DNA of 64,000 nt from Octopus sinensis (Eukaryota): NCBI RefSeq assembly GCF_006345805.1, contig NC_043003.1:35340001-35404000 (forward strand). The letters are read 5' to 3'. The translations under genes were made by a program, and so were the position numbers. The notes under the pieces are model-generated. The model ran no database searches, was not told the origin of the DNA, and worked only from the letters and a program-made list of their open reading frames with translations. This document shows, piece after piece, positions 13,285-26,481 of the stretch (the first letter of the stretch is position 1; each line of letters begins with the position of its first letter).

Positions 13285-13870
13285 TTTGCCATTTGAAGAT
13301 GGTATAGAAACATTAAAAAGCAAATAATTTTAACAAATTAGTAAATGTTGCAATGGTCGTAAAATATTATGTTCAATGTCAAGAAGATTAGGAAAATGAG
13401 GCAACATGTCCATATGTCTTCCATCGTAATCTTCCCTTGAATGACTAGGCCAATATGTGGTCTTGCATTATCATGTATGAGTAACACCCCTTTTCAAATA
13501 ATTTGGAAATGTTTGTGCAAAGCTTCCGATTGACAACAGTACTTATCTGTATTAACTATTTTGTTTTGTTTTAACACTTCATGATAGATAACATCCTTAA
13601 TATGTTACTAAACTCAAATCACAACTTTTTCCAAGAGTAATCCTACTTAAAGATTGATTCTCCTTTTATCATTGGGTGCTAACCATTTTCGTTTACGTTG
13701 GATGGGATCAAAAATAACCAAATCTTCATCATTTCTGGTGATTTCACCAGGAAAGAATCTGTAGTATATCTGTTCCTCAATGACAAGGAGCGCGGAACTT
13801 ATATTCGAAGATAAGGAGCCAATCCAAACAGCTAGAATTCTAATGTACTCAAAAAGAATACTGGATTTAG
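13285..13870 (-). mobile_element. Degraded mariner (DD34D-type) transposase remnant
   Basis: Minus-strand peptides KGVLLIHDNARPH, IYHEVLKQNKIVNTDKYCCQ and NDE.LVIFDPIQRKRKWL. Confidence 0.75.
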
Positions 13871-14489
13871 GGTATGAATAAATAGTATTCCTCTCTAAGT
13901 ACTTGAAACATTGACTCAAAACATGGAGCTTCAGGATCATCTTCGTGGTATATACACCAAGTATCTCATGTGGGCTCAAACATCTGTTGCTGTGAGCACT
14001 AAAGCAAGGAAGAAATTTATGGTCATATTTTACTTATCTCTACTATTATTGTTAAACTCAAGATATGTTTTTTTTTCCACTCACATTGCAGTATATTTTG
14101 TCACTTGGAGCACTGCTACGCTGAGAGAAATTCTGTTGGAACTGAGAGATCCGATGTTGGACATTTTGGAAATGAATAACAAAAAAAAAAAAATCGGTAA
14201 CTCTATAATCAGAGCATAAAAAGTAATTCCACCCGTGAACTAGAAGGAAGTTACAAGGAAGATATCAAATCGCAGCTAGAAATGGATTATGAGGTACCTG
14301 TCAAGCTGAGGTAAAACTGAAGTGATGAGCACGCACAACTTGACTCACCGCCGTGATTTACACAGGTTTATGTTGCTAAAAAAGAATCATGTTGAAACGT
14401 CTGTTTTTTTGCGTTTTATGCATGTGGTGTGTTCAATCAACCTGTATATGCGTCTGAACAACATAATCCTTGCGTGGAGAGCTCGGAAA

Positions 14490-14830
14490 GTTTACGTTGG
14501 ATATGATAAAAAAATTACCAATTCTTCATCATTTCTAGTGATTTTACCAGGAAAAAATCTGTAGTATATCTGTTCCTCAATGAAAAGGAGTGTGGACCAT
14601 ATATTCGAAGATAAGGAGCCACTCCAAACAGCTACAATTCTAACGTACTGAACAGAGCTGCTTAGACGTTGTGATATCTGCGTAAATTTTTACACGATAA
14701 TGACGTGTTGCCATTTGTAACCGTCATTTTTCTACAGTTCATCTTGTCAGAGTAGAGTCCTGCAGCTAACGTAGGTGAAGAACAAACATTTTGAACCATG
14801 AAAATTTTTTCATGGGCTACTGTACATTTG
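14490..14830 (-). mobile_element. Second degraded mariner segment, overlapping in homology with 13285-13870
   Basis: 14520-14652 matches 13720-13852 at ~90% (13 mismatches in ~133 nt, by eye). Confidence 0.6.
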
Positions 14831-14880
14831 TCCACCAATCAGACAATGCAAAATTTACAATGCCAGCTATTATATTTAAT

Positions 14881-15110
14881 AGAGGCAGCGAGCTGGCAGA
14901 ACCGTTAGCACGCCGGGTGAAATGCGTAGTCGTATTTCGTTTAACGATACGTTCTGAGTTCAAATTCCACCGAAGTCGACTTTGCTTTTCATCCTTTCGG
15001 GGTCGATAAATTAAGTACCAGTTACGCACTGGGGTCGATGTAATCGACTTAATTCGGTTGTATGTCCTTGTTTGTCCCCTCTGTGTTTAGCCCCTTGTGG
15101 GTAATAAAGA
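14881..15110 (+). mobile_element. SINE family A, well preserved
   Basis: aggcagcgagctggcagaaccgttagcacgccggg...gttctgagttcaaattccaccgaagtcgactttgc...ggggtcgatgtaatcgact. Confidence 0.85.
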
Positions 15111-15760
15111 AACATATTTAATAGAGGTTTAGTAACGACAATGATGTACGTGGTCTATTTCAGAGTACTTTTAGACTAGAGATTACGCATAACTTTCGTA
15201 ATTCTGTGGTTTGCCTGTACTACTGGTGGTGTTGCCGATCCAGGTCACACATGAGCGGAAGGGATGTAACGTCAAGGTGACTTATGCAGAAAGAAGACAC
15301 CGCGTTCCATACACTCGTTATACTCATGATTAGTTTTGTATGCTGGCATATTGAACAGCTGTTGTCATGTGCAGTATAGAACCAGCCATTATGATAATCA
15401 TCTAATAATAATTTAATACTAATACTAATAATAAAACATATGATAATCATCTAAACTATCTGCACAGCTTATGTATTACAACGAAGTGTATTTAGTTACT
15501 TTAATTCTTAAAGGTTATGAAGGAAAGGGTAGAACGTGCAACCCAGTTACAAGAAATGAGGATACATTTCCTGTTCAGCCAAACATTCGCCAAGTTGTTC
15601 ATATAACATATCACTAGGAAGGTGCAACTCCACGCTTACACACACAGTAAGTCTGTTCCAGCCTGACGCGAAAAATGTATATAATCTGTTGGAATGGGGC
15701 TATTTTCAGCATACAACTATATGGTACAGAGCTCAACAGACCGATAGACAGACAGACATG

Positions 15761-15808
<48 letters not shown>

Positions 15809-16107
15809 GTGAGTGAGGGAGGGAGGAAGTGAAAGAGATAGAGAGTAAGAGGGCACTTTCTTCTTGCACCTTGTAGCTAATATAATCAGGGATGTGTGAG
15901 GTTACATGATTAGCACGAGATGGGCGGTTAGCAAACCCTTCACAACCTACATATATCCCATTGAGACATATATCATTTTCGTCTATAATTTGAATGTTCA
16001 TGATTTTTTTTTATATACGATTCAGTAAAATTTCCACGCTTTTTATAAGTTGTCCTTGTAATGTCCTCATATCTGTCGCCCTTGTGGCAATAGTAATGGA
16101 AAGATTA

Positions 16108-16159
<52 letters not shown>

Positions 16160-16333
16160 CATTATTATTATTACAGTTTTGCTATAATTAGTTGTAGTTC
16201 ATGGTGTTGTTGCTTGTGGATATTAATATTGTTTTTGTTGTTGCTGCGACCATTTCCATTACTATTATTGCTCTGATTACGTTTATCATTATTGGCTTTT
16301 GATTTATTCCAATAATTTTATTACATCTACTTA

Positions 16334-16399
<66 letters not shown>

Positions 16400-16503
16400 C
16401 GTCATTATATGTTCATTGTTATTATTATTACTATGGTGATTCTGATGTTTGTCATAATTTCATTGATCAAAGAAATAATTGGGAGATCAATCAATTAATG
16501 GAC

Positions 16504-16556
<53 letters not shown>

Positions 16557-17516
16557 AACAAAGAAGGAGAGAGGACTAGAAAATGTATTAAGTACAGGAG
16601 AGAGATGTAGTTAGATAAAGTGAATGAATGAGGTGAGAGGTAGTTTCAATTTTCTGTATCCAATCTAGGATAGAATATTAAGTAGACGTTTACAGTCTAT
16701 AGTGTGGATATAATTTTACCGCGGCCAATGTGTCTCTATTCGTTGCCATCTTTTATATTTCTCTTCTTACCATTACTGTTCTGAATTCTATCAGTTCTGC
16801 CATTTATCAACAATCCATACCAATCTCTATATTATATACTCCATACACATACTTTTGTTCATAATTTCCCATTTATGATGTAAATGATCAAAATTATTCA
16901 GTGTAGCATTTACAAAATTCACGCTTTCATTAAATGTTTTCAGGTATTTCTGTGGACTGTCGATGGCAGTGCGCACAAGAACCATCAGACGTATATTGTA
17001 TCATCATAACTAGCTATTACATAGACAAAATCGATAATCGATGGGGTCAAATCATGGACAATTTTCTATGCAACGCACACAGTATCCCCCAAAGCCACCA
17101 ACAAATAAATAGTGGAATTAGCAACAAATCAGAATCTATCTCCTGTACTATTTTAAAACTATTGTTTCGTCTGATCCACTCAGACAACATACATACCCAC
17201 ATTAGCTATAATATTAGAAGCTTACTGATGTACAAATTAAGTGGGAATTCTAATTTCTATCTACTGATATAGTTTACTTCAGTCATTACCCGAGACACAG
17301 AAACATGTTGCACAGACCATATAGAATAAATTGGAACCTATAACGATATGGATAGAAACAAGTAACCATGGCAGTGTAGGGTTTTTTAACATGGTACACA
17401 AAGAAATGGCTGTTGCAATATATGTATGGATGTTTTGCAAACAACCCGTTGTTAACGTCTGAGGTTCTATTAAAAAACACACAAACAAGAATAGTACCCA
17501 TGTGTATATATATATA

Positions 17517-17548
<32 letters not shown>

Positions 17549-17581
17549 TCATCCATACATACACACACACACACACATATC

Positions 17582-18385
17582 CAGGTTGCGGTGTGTAAAC
17601 TGTCGTCTAAATTGTGCAAAAATGAAAATAACAATGATATATATTTACCAAAATTACATTAAAATATCTTGGAATACTAAAGAGCAAATTTATTCAATAA
17701 AATACCATTGGCTTTATCCACGGCCTCTAAACGACTTCGGAATCTCCTTGCATCTCTTCTGGACGGTCTCCTTGTTTAAGTTGGTGGATGCTACAAGGAG
17801 TTTCCTTGGTTTCTCGCTCAATTGCACTCCACACATAATTATCAAGGGGCTTGCAGTCTAAGGTGGTAGGTGTCCAAATGTTAGGGGTAGTGTGGTCTGA
17901 CAGCGATGACTGGGTTCTTCTACTTGTGTGGCAAGGTGCAGAGTCTTGTTACCAGACATAAGGTCTTCCAGCAGCCACCCTCTTGACCCAGGGCAGTACT
18001 ACCTCCTCCAGGCACTTGATGTAGGCCTTCGTGTTAAGTCTGAGGCCGCGTGGAAAGATGAATGGAGGCATAACATCTACATCACTTGTGATCCCCCTAA
18101 ACACTGCATGTTTATTTTTATCAATCTCGGTACATGTCGTCAGATTGCACTGATCTCAGACTGACACCCAAACACTCGGAAATGTTCGTATTGGAGCTTC
18201 CGGCAGGTGAAAATGCCAAGCAGCTCAGCATGTCTTTTCTAAACGTCTGGCTGAGGGAATTGCGTCATAGTGCTGTTTTTCTCACCTGACCCTACTATAA
18301 TTTAGTCGCCAAAATTTAAAAAAAAACAATGCACGTGTACGACATTAAAAATATAAAATTCCGATAATTTACCTATCGCACACTG
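17582..18385 (-). mobile_element. Internally deleted Tc1/mariner element, probably maT (DD37D) family
   Basis: Diverged TIRs (caggttgcggtgtgtaaactgtcg / cgataatttacctatcgcacactg, followed by TA). Minus-strand peptide PYVW*QDSAPCHTSRRTQS...TPNIW.P..LDCKPLDNYVWSAIERET. Confidence 0.75.
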
Positions 18386-18421
<36 letters not shown>

Positions 18422-18914
18422 TGTATGTATGTATGTATGTATGTATGTATGTATGTATATAAATATATATATATGTATAATATATGCATGTAAATATATA
18501 TGTATACATACATATATATGTATTTATATATATGTATAATATATGTATGTAAATATATATGTATACATACATATATATATATATATATATGTGTGTGTGT
18601 TTGTATATGTATGTATGTATGTGTATATACACTTTTTAAAAATATGTTATTAAAGTATTATAGGCTATGTGGTGATTTAGATATTGTTGTTCCAAGTTTC
18701 AGAATACTTCAAAAATAAGCTCTTTATTTAATGGGACTATTTAAAACTTAACCCAATGCTTTTTCATTTCATCAAACATACTCGGCAAGTACACTAAAAT
18801 TTATAGTAATTATATAAACTAACTTTTAGTTACACCAGTAATTTTCATAATCATTGATATTAATTTATCAAGTCAATAAAAATCCATGAATAGAATGTAA
18901 TGATATACAATATA

Positions 18915-19825
18915 ATAGGCATCCATCGGTCTTGAGAGGCCATGGATCTGCACCCAAAGAACTGCTGGTGGTAGTGCATCATCTGTTGTCGCCTTACAGG
19001 CCCACATGGGAGTGGCAATCCCGCATAGAGCGATTGCATTTGAAAGAGCCATCCGCCAATGATATTCTTTGATGTCGAGTACCTGTTTTTCTTTCGCTCT
19101 CTTCATTCCCTTTCATAGTATTTGCCTCCAGTATGGGCGATCATTTGTGGAGGCGCAATGTCCCAGTGGTTAGGGCAGCAAACTCGCGGTCGGAGGATCA
19201 CGGTTTCGATTCCCAGATCGGGCGGGTGTGTTTATTGAGCGAAAACACCTAAAGCTCCACGAAGCTGCGGCAGGGAGTGGTCGGGACCCCTGTTGTACTC
19301 TTTCGCCAAAACTTTCTCTCACTCTCTCTTCCTGTTTCTTGAGTAACTCTGCGTTGGACTAGCGTCCCGTCCAGCTGGGGGGAACACATACGCCACAGAA
19401 ACCGGGAAACCGAGCCCATGAGCCTGACTAGGCTTGAAAAGTGCGCATAAATAATAAATAATGGGCGATCATTTGCAACCTGCTCCCATCTCAGGAGGTC
19501 CAGATCAAGCGACTCCATATCTTTCTTACAGGCATCATTGGAACGAAGATGAGATCGTCCTCGTGCTCCTGTCCCAGTAACCAATTCCCCATACAGGAGG
19601 TCTTTTGGGATCCTTCCGTCTGGCATGCAATGAGCATGACCGAGTCAGTGCAAACGATGCTGCTGGAGCAAGATGTGTGTGCTGGGTATCTTGACTTGGT
19701 TGATGACTTCAGTGTTGGTAATGTTCGAAAATATAAGGACACAGATCGTGTGTTGTATAGCCAGCTGGAGACGATGTCTCCTGGAGCTAAACACAGCATG
19801 CATCCCAAAATGAGATTGCCATATT
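18915..19825 (-). mobile_element. RTE-clade LINE 3' fragment, interrupted by a SINE at 19148-19460
   Basis: MPDGRIPKDLLYGELVTGTGARGRSHLRSNDACKKDM matches the RTE ORF C-terminal pattern; homology resumes on the other side of the SINE and ends in ...ctcaagaccgatggatgcc. Confidence 0.8.
19148..19460 (+). mobile_element. SINE family C with 15-bp target-site duplication
   Basis: TSD atgggcgatcatttg at 19133-19147 and 19461-19475; A-box-like tgtcccagtgg, B-box-like ggtttcgattccc; (ATAA)n tail. Confidence 0.9.
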
Positions 19826-19844
19826 AGGTTGGCAAAAAATCATT

Positions 19845-19890
<46 letters not shown>

Positions 19891-19899
19891 ATATATATA

Positions 19900-20268
19900 T
19901 TCATTAGAATGTGACCATGCTGGGGCACCACTTTGAATAATAACTAGTAAAATGAATCGACTACAGTATTTATTATTTTTAAGTATGGTATTTATTGTAT
20001 TTTTCACTATTGCCGAAGTGGTACATTACGGGGATGTAAACACACCAACACTGGCTGTCACGTTATGGGGGGGGGGCAGATATAAAGACAAATACACATA
20101 TATGCATGACGGGTTTCTTTCTGCTAGTTTCCGTATCTATCAAGCCTATTCATAAGGCCTTGGTCAGCCCGAAGATATCGTAGAAGGCACTTGCTCAATG
20201 TACCACTCTGTGAGATAGAATCTGGAACCGTATGGTTATGAAATAAACTTCTTACCACACAGTCAATT
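19900..20268 (-). mobile_element. SINE family B, diverged
   Basis: Reverse complement of family B motifs (ccatgctggggcaccac, ggggatgtaaacacaccaacac, cttcttaccacacag). Confidence 0.7.
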
Positions 20269-20379
20269 TCTTACTCTTGGAAATAAATGATTCTGACATT
20301 TATCAACTCTTTAAGTAAACATCTATATTTTAATTCCAGAATATATACCGTATAAAGATTGTTAACGTGAGTAAAAACC

Positions 20380-20560
20380 CAGTAATTCGAGGGTGGGTTA
20401 GCCAATGAATACCGAATCTAGTGCATCAGTGCTACTTTATTTTATACACTCGGGAAAGATGAAGAGAAGAGTTGACCTTGGTAGAAGTTGAATTCTGAAC
20501 GTAGAGAGCCAGAAGCACCGCAAGGCATTTAGTTTGTGGATCTATCGATTCAGCATACTC
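20380..20560 (-). mobile_element. SINE family A, diverged
   Basis: gaaagatgaaga...gttgaccttggtagaagttgaattctgaacgta resembles the reverse complement of the family A core. Confidence 0.55.
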
Positions 20561-20639
20561 AAGACCCTCTATATACATGTCAGATAATAAAGATACATGT
20601 CATCGAATTATGATTCATTTACCATCGAACAAATTGCAA

Positions 20640-21960
20640 TCAATTTCGATAGTTTTTCATGAGTTCATTTGTAGTTCATACCATCAAGTGATCGATTTCT
20701 CTTTGGCAGAGCTTTTATAACAACTATATCACATGCTATTTCAACTGTTGTGATATCTCATATAACTACTCAACTTTCCCATGATACCTTTTACGAGAGC
20801 TTTATGTAACCGATTGACATACTGTCTTAAGAAGTTTCAGGTTTTCCACTGAAGTGTTAAGACAATCGAACTCATCACTCTGTTTCTAAGAAACATTTGA
20901 ACTAACCTTTTCTCTTGGCATACGAACGTAACTTATTTTACGTTTGTAATTAGATTACTTCTTTTTCTTCTGATGCATCACTTGTTTATTCGGATTCTAG
21001 TTATTTTTCTTCTTTGTTATTCCCTTTCCCTGTCAGTCAATTCATACATTTCAGGGCTTATTAATATACAGTCAGAGCTTAACCTTCCAATAATTTTGGA
21101 TACTACCAATACCCGATGCGAAGCGAAGTATTCATTTTGTCAATTTACTCTAGAATATTTCTGTTTGATTCTAGTATTGTCTGCACATGTCTGTTCATTT
21201 TTCCCTTCTCAACTATTTCCTATTCATTCTGGTACTGATGTTATGCTTTCTAACTTTCACTTACTGTCCAGAAATTTAATAATTGTGTTACTAAATTGAA
21301 ACCTGGAGATATTCAACATTTTGCTCTCCAAGGTTTATATCATTTTCCATTATTTTTCATTAAAATCAGTTTTGTTCAACTCTTTTTGTTTTTGTTAAAA
21401 TTTCTTTTTCATAAAATTTTCTACATTTACGGATTATTCATTGTTCTCAATGTTATCTTTCGAATTACCTAGAATAGCCATTAGTTCAATCAACGGTATT
21501 AAGATGCTCATCGTTATATTGTCGAAGTCCTTGAGCATTTTTCTCCATGCTTCGTTGGTTAAGAGACTGCATTAAACTGTAAATAGAATCATAAGGTCCT
21601 CGTTCTTCTTAATACTCTCAGTGTTAGTACAAAGATGTTTTGCTCCCATATATCCATTGTTCCCTCCTCTAGGTTTGCATCTCTTTGGGAGACTTCCCGA
21701 GTAATTTTTGTTCAGTGATTTTATAGTAGATTTGTATTCTTTTAACAGCTGTATTATAAATATCATATTGCAAATGCCCACATTTCTGTCGAATCTAGGG
21801 TAACCATTTCCATGAGTGATCACATTTATAAAGGTGTTCTGAGGACTACCAAACAAATTTCATTGGTATTTTGAAATGTTTAGAATTCTATGTCTTTGCA
21901 TTGATCCATTTCGCAATATTCTGCTGGATTTTATTCATAAGTAATTTTCGAATCTTATAA
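20640..21960 (-). mobile_element. Very old LINE remnant (endonuclease/RT-linker-like), tentative
   Basis: Scattered minus-strand peptides (VITHGNGYPRFD resembling ITGDFN.P.IDW; KALPKRNRSLDGM resembling K.L...KSPGPDG) among many stops. Confidence 0.25.
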
Positions 21961-22156
21961 ACTGTGTTTCACTGAAGAATGAGTTTGCAGAAATACTTAT
22001 TAAGTTACACACAAAAGAAACTGTTTATCACACATTGCATAAATCATTTTAATCTTTACCTGACTCACTAACAGATTGTATAGAATAATCTTTAAATATT
22101 TTCAAACCTTTTTGTTGCATCTTTCAGAAACCATGATCCATGTATATTACATGGGC

Positions 22157-22470
22157 ATTTGTGAAGGCGCATGACTTAGTGGTTATAGTATTCGGTTCAC
22201 AATCGTAAGGTGATGAGTTCAATACCCGCCGACGCGTTGTATACTTGAGTAAGACACTTTATTTCACGTTCCTAACAAAAATGAGTAGAATCTATATTTC
22301 AGATGGCCAGCCTTGTTACGCTCTGTGTGACGCTGAATCTCCCCGAGAACTACATTAAAATTATGCATGTCTGTGGAGTGCTGAACCACTTGTACGTTAA
22401 TTTCACGAGCAGGCTATTCCGTTCATCGGTTCAATTGGAACCCTCGTCGTCGTAACCGATGGCGTGCCAG
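22157..22470 (+). mobile_element. SINE family D (tRNA-derived) with ~10-bp TSD
   Basis: Head gaaggcgcatgacttagtggtt...gagttcaatacccg; direct repeat ttacatgggc at 22147-22156 and 22471-22480. Confidence 0.75.
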
Positions 22471-24337
22471 TTACATGGGCGATTCATAGTTTATGTTAAT
22501 CTATGTTTCGAGGATATACGCTAAACTCTTTCCAATTTCCCAATGGCTAAAATACACTAAGATCGAATGACATGAGATCAATTAATAGAAACTTATGCTT
22601 ACATGTATAGTTATATTTGAGAAAATACTTTGCAAAGTGGAAGAACATATGTTTGGAATCTCCTCCCCTAATACAAATCGGTAATTAGTTTATAGGAGTA
22701 AAAGTTGATTGCTTCGTAAAAGGCACTATCTTTGAGTAGAGAATTAAATAACTTATCAGTTACGTATCAACACCTGGCAATAATTTGATGCAATCGTAAT
22801 TAGTTACTATGAACCCCAAATCCTTCACAAAGAAGAAAACTTTATATCACATCAGCGGGATATAATTGATTTTGTCCCCCAATTTGGACGATATTATTGC
22901 TAATGACGCTTTAATTTCTCGTGTGATTTCGTTTGTATGTGTGTGCGTGCATGTGTATGTGTGTGTGTGTGTGTCTGCAGCTTTACTCTAACTCAACTCT
23001 GATGAGGCATATGTAATAGTGCTATTTTAGATTGCACTACTACTTTTTTTAGCAAGCAGATTGCTGAAACGCACAGACACCCCATTCATTTACTCTTATT
23101 CTGTCATAGAATTGTTACAGTAGTGATCATCCGCTTCTATGAAAGTTGATGGTGCTAAAATTACCGTGCTGAGTGACAAATTGTCTATGAGGGAAATTGC
23201 TTACTCTATTGTGTTGTGGGAAGAGCAATATGCCATGAATCTGGTAAGAAAAGAACCACAACATATTGTATATACTAGGATTGCTACATCGATATAGATC
23301 GAAATATATTCTGTGCAATATAGCTAGTGAAACATTAGCATTGCAATAAGATTGCTGTGATAATTGGTGTGCCCCACATAGGTGTACAATAGCTTCCTGT
23401 AATTACGGTAAAAAATTTAAAGTGAACAATTATAAGGCAATTAAATGGTTTTCTAATTTCCTATCATTTTAAATGCATCACCTCGAATAAAAAAAAAAGA
23501 AAAACTATCAGGACGGCAAAAATATTTTTGTCGGCCTTTAACTGACTCAGAATATGAGATTCTTTTTGAGTTCAAGTTTCCAAAACTTCCTATTCCGTCG
23601 CAGATAAAGTGCTGGCTAACACCGTTGCTCAGACTGAGCTGACTGAACAGTGTAGCGCCGCTGCCTCGCTGAAGGATCCAACAGCCTCCAAGTTTAAGAC
23701 ACAAACACATTTTCCTACCATCTTGAGCCTAATATGCTAACAATTAAGCCACAAGCATTTTCTTTCCCCCATTAAAGTATTCTTATTAATAGAACTGTAA
23801 AAAGTACAATAATTTTAGTTATATATATTTTACTTGATGAATTAATTTAACTTTTCAAACTGTTTCTCCTCCTGATTAATGCACTTTAATAATCGATTTT
23901 ACGTATAATTGGGTGAAATTGAAACGAATAATTAATTAATACTGTTTGGTTATTAATTTTACAAAAATGTAGCGAAAATTTCTGGACACATTGTATAATG
24001 AATGCGAATCGATATTTCATACAGTTCTTACGATTTCAATATAGTTATAGAAACAAGGTAATCTCAAACTCACACTACGCCTACTAAAACGTCTAATTAA
24101 AAACGGGAAATAACTACGATATACTTATATCATAATATTTTGTAGATCGTAGTATGTTTAACAGTTTCCGTATGATGAATAATCTGGAAAATAGGAAATA
24201 TCTCATATCTCATACCAAGAAACGCGCGCGCGCGTACACACACAGACAAACGCACGTATGTATAGAACATCCTTTCTTATCGAAAATTTTAGCTTGTAAT
24301 AAAATATATGCACGGCGCAGGAGTAGCTATAGTCGCG

Positions 24338-24716
24338 GGGGTTGCTGTGTGGTAGGAAATTTACCTCCAAACCAGATGGTTCACGGTTCAGACCCACTTC
24401 CACTATAGATTCGGGTTCACCAAAGCCTTGTGAGTGTAATTCATAGAGAGAAACAGAAAAGAAACCCATCGTATATATTTATATATCTATGTATGTCTTT
24501 GTGTTTGTGTTTGTCCGTCCCCACCACCGCTTAACAACCGGTATTGGTGTGATGATATCTTCGTAAATTAGCAGTTTCGCAAACGAAACCGATAGAATAA
24601 GTGCCAGGTTTTACAAAAATCAATACTGGGGTCGATTCATGTGACGAGAAATCATTTTTCAAGGTGGTGCCCCAGCATAGCCGCAGTCTAGTGACAGGAA
24701 CACGTAAAGGATAGAA
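24338..24716 (+). mobile_element. SINE family B
   Basis: ccaaagccttgtgagtg core, accgatagaataagt, ggggtcgattc, aaggtggtgccccagcatagccgcagtc. Confidence 0.75.
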
Positions 24717-25806
24717 CATGGCATTCTACATATCGTAAGTAAAAAAAAAATGCTCTCCCCATTTATGTGTGTGTGTTTGTGTGTGTATGTATGTGTGTTT
24801 GTATGTGTGTGTGTATACGTGTGTGTGTGTGTGTGCTATCTTATTTGAAAGAAAAAAAACGAACAATTTCCTGGACGACTGCTTCATATATTGGAAATGT
24901 ATTAAGGAAAATTACTTCTTTGCAGATTTTAGTAATCACGCAAAATAATATTACAATTGTGCTCTCGTGAAAGTACCACGCCAATACTTAGACTTTAGAT
25001 TTTACCATCCATCCCATACTAAATATGTCAAGACCTATTTTTTAACCTTTTATGCACTCAAGTTGACGAGAAAGGCAACAAGTTTCCTTCAGAAATAAAA
25101 ATACCGAAAATCTTGGTAAATCATACCATAACCAGAGCAGTAAACATATAATCCCTGACTCGCAGGGAAACCGTCGTAATGCAGGCAAAGAGAAAAACAT
25201 AAATGCACCAATGCACCATATGTGCTCACACATAATCTTAGAAGCTACGATATATCATAAACGATATCTTTCCATTCTATAACGACTCAGTAATTTTATA
25301 AAACTATTGAAAGTGTCAGAAATTATTAACCAGCAAAAACTATCATTAAGTTTTAAAAGTCTCAACAATGATATAATCACAAACTATGGAGACCTTTCTC
25401 TGTTGGATGAGAGAATTACTGAACAGGCAAGACCAAAGAATTCATAAGTGCGAAGGGTTTGAAAGTAAAAGATATAAATTGCAAAAAAGAAAGCATGTAT
25501 CACCTCTTCACAATGCAATGAGAGTTAAACCAAATCCAGCATCTAAATTATTATATTGTCATAGGGTACACGAGCAAAAAGAGAAAATATTAATTTCTCA
25601 GAAATGTTTAGTATAGTGAACAACTAGATATTTGTGCAGCTGGAAAATCACGGTGAAGACGCGTCGTCTTGTTTTAAGTATGTTCTGTTTCCGATTATCA
25701 TATAACTAGCAGAGTGCCCGGATGTGCTCGGGATTAAGTACATGCTGAAGTACATACATACATATCCATACATAAGTATATCATAGTGAAAATAATAGAA
25801 ATGAAA

Positions 25807-25863
<57 letters not shown>

Positions 25864-26045
25864 AAGAAAGTTGGTTTGTGAAAGCACGTGGTTGAATATA
25901 TAGAAAATAGTAAGAAGTGAAAAAACTACAGAAGGCTTAAATGTTAAAAAATATATATTTGCGTCAATATGTCTGAAGAATATAAAAAAAATTTTTGAAG
26001 AATATTAAAAAATTGTTTTTTCCCTCTTATAATGACATAATTTAG

Positions 26046-26084
26046 AAGAAAGACCGGTTTCGCGTTTAGCTTTTCAAATTTCTT
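26046..26084 (-). ncRNA. Identical minimal hammerhead-like motif in the inverted arm
   Basis: Exact reverse complement of 26482-26520. Confidence 0.6.
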
Positions 26085-26208
26085 GCGACGTTATGTTTAT
26101 GTTGAACAGGTTATCGTTATGTTTATGTTCACAAGAGTTCTAAATAAGGGGAGGAAATGAGTGATTTCTTCCGGTGTAAGGGAGATAATCGCTTAAAAAT
26201 TTTTAATC

Positions 26209-26316
26209 TTTCAATTTTTAATCTTTCCATTTTACCGATGTGCTATCGGATCATCAACACAAATTAGACTAAACAAGGAAACATTCTTCATTGAAAAGTA
26301 CAAGCCCAGACTTAAC
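26209..26316 (+). pseudogene. C-terminal fragment of a Penelope-like GIY-YIG endonuclease
   Basis: Translates FQFLIFPFYRCAIGSSTQIRLNKETFFIEKYKPRLN, matching the F.I.PFY...R..KE..FI.K.KP.LN end of PLE endonucleases (recalled pattern). Confidence 0.7.
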
Positions 26317-26481
26317 CATCCCAACATACTGATACAGAGAAATTCACACCAAGGGAAAGGAAAAAAATTTAAGCGATTATCTCCCTTACACCGGAAGAAA
26401 TCACTCATTACCTCCCCTTATTTAGAACTCTTTTGAACATAAACATAACGATAACCCTGTTCAACATAAACATAACGTCGC

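Noticed and set aside
16941-17120. Acceptor-like ttttcag followed by VFLWTVDGSAHKNHQTYIVSS*
   Set aside because: No recognisable family, no supporting neighbouring exons, and an early stop.
19148-19230. tRNA-like sequences with A and B boxes (also at 22161, 35203, 48540)
   Set aside because: They are SINE heads followed by SINE cores, TSDs or tails, not complete tRNA genes.
22999-23076. CTGATGA...GAAAC with a 4-bp stem II
   Set aside because: Stems I and III cannot be formed convincingly.
23570-23740. GC-richer open frame VSKTSYSVADKVLANTVAQTELTEQCSAAASLKDPT
   Set aside because: No start, no clear splice sites and no recognisable homology.
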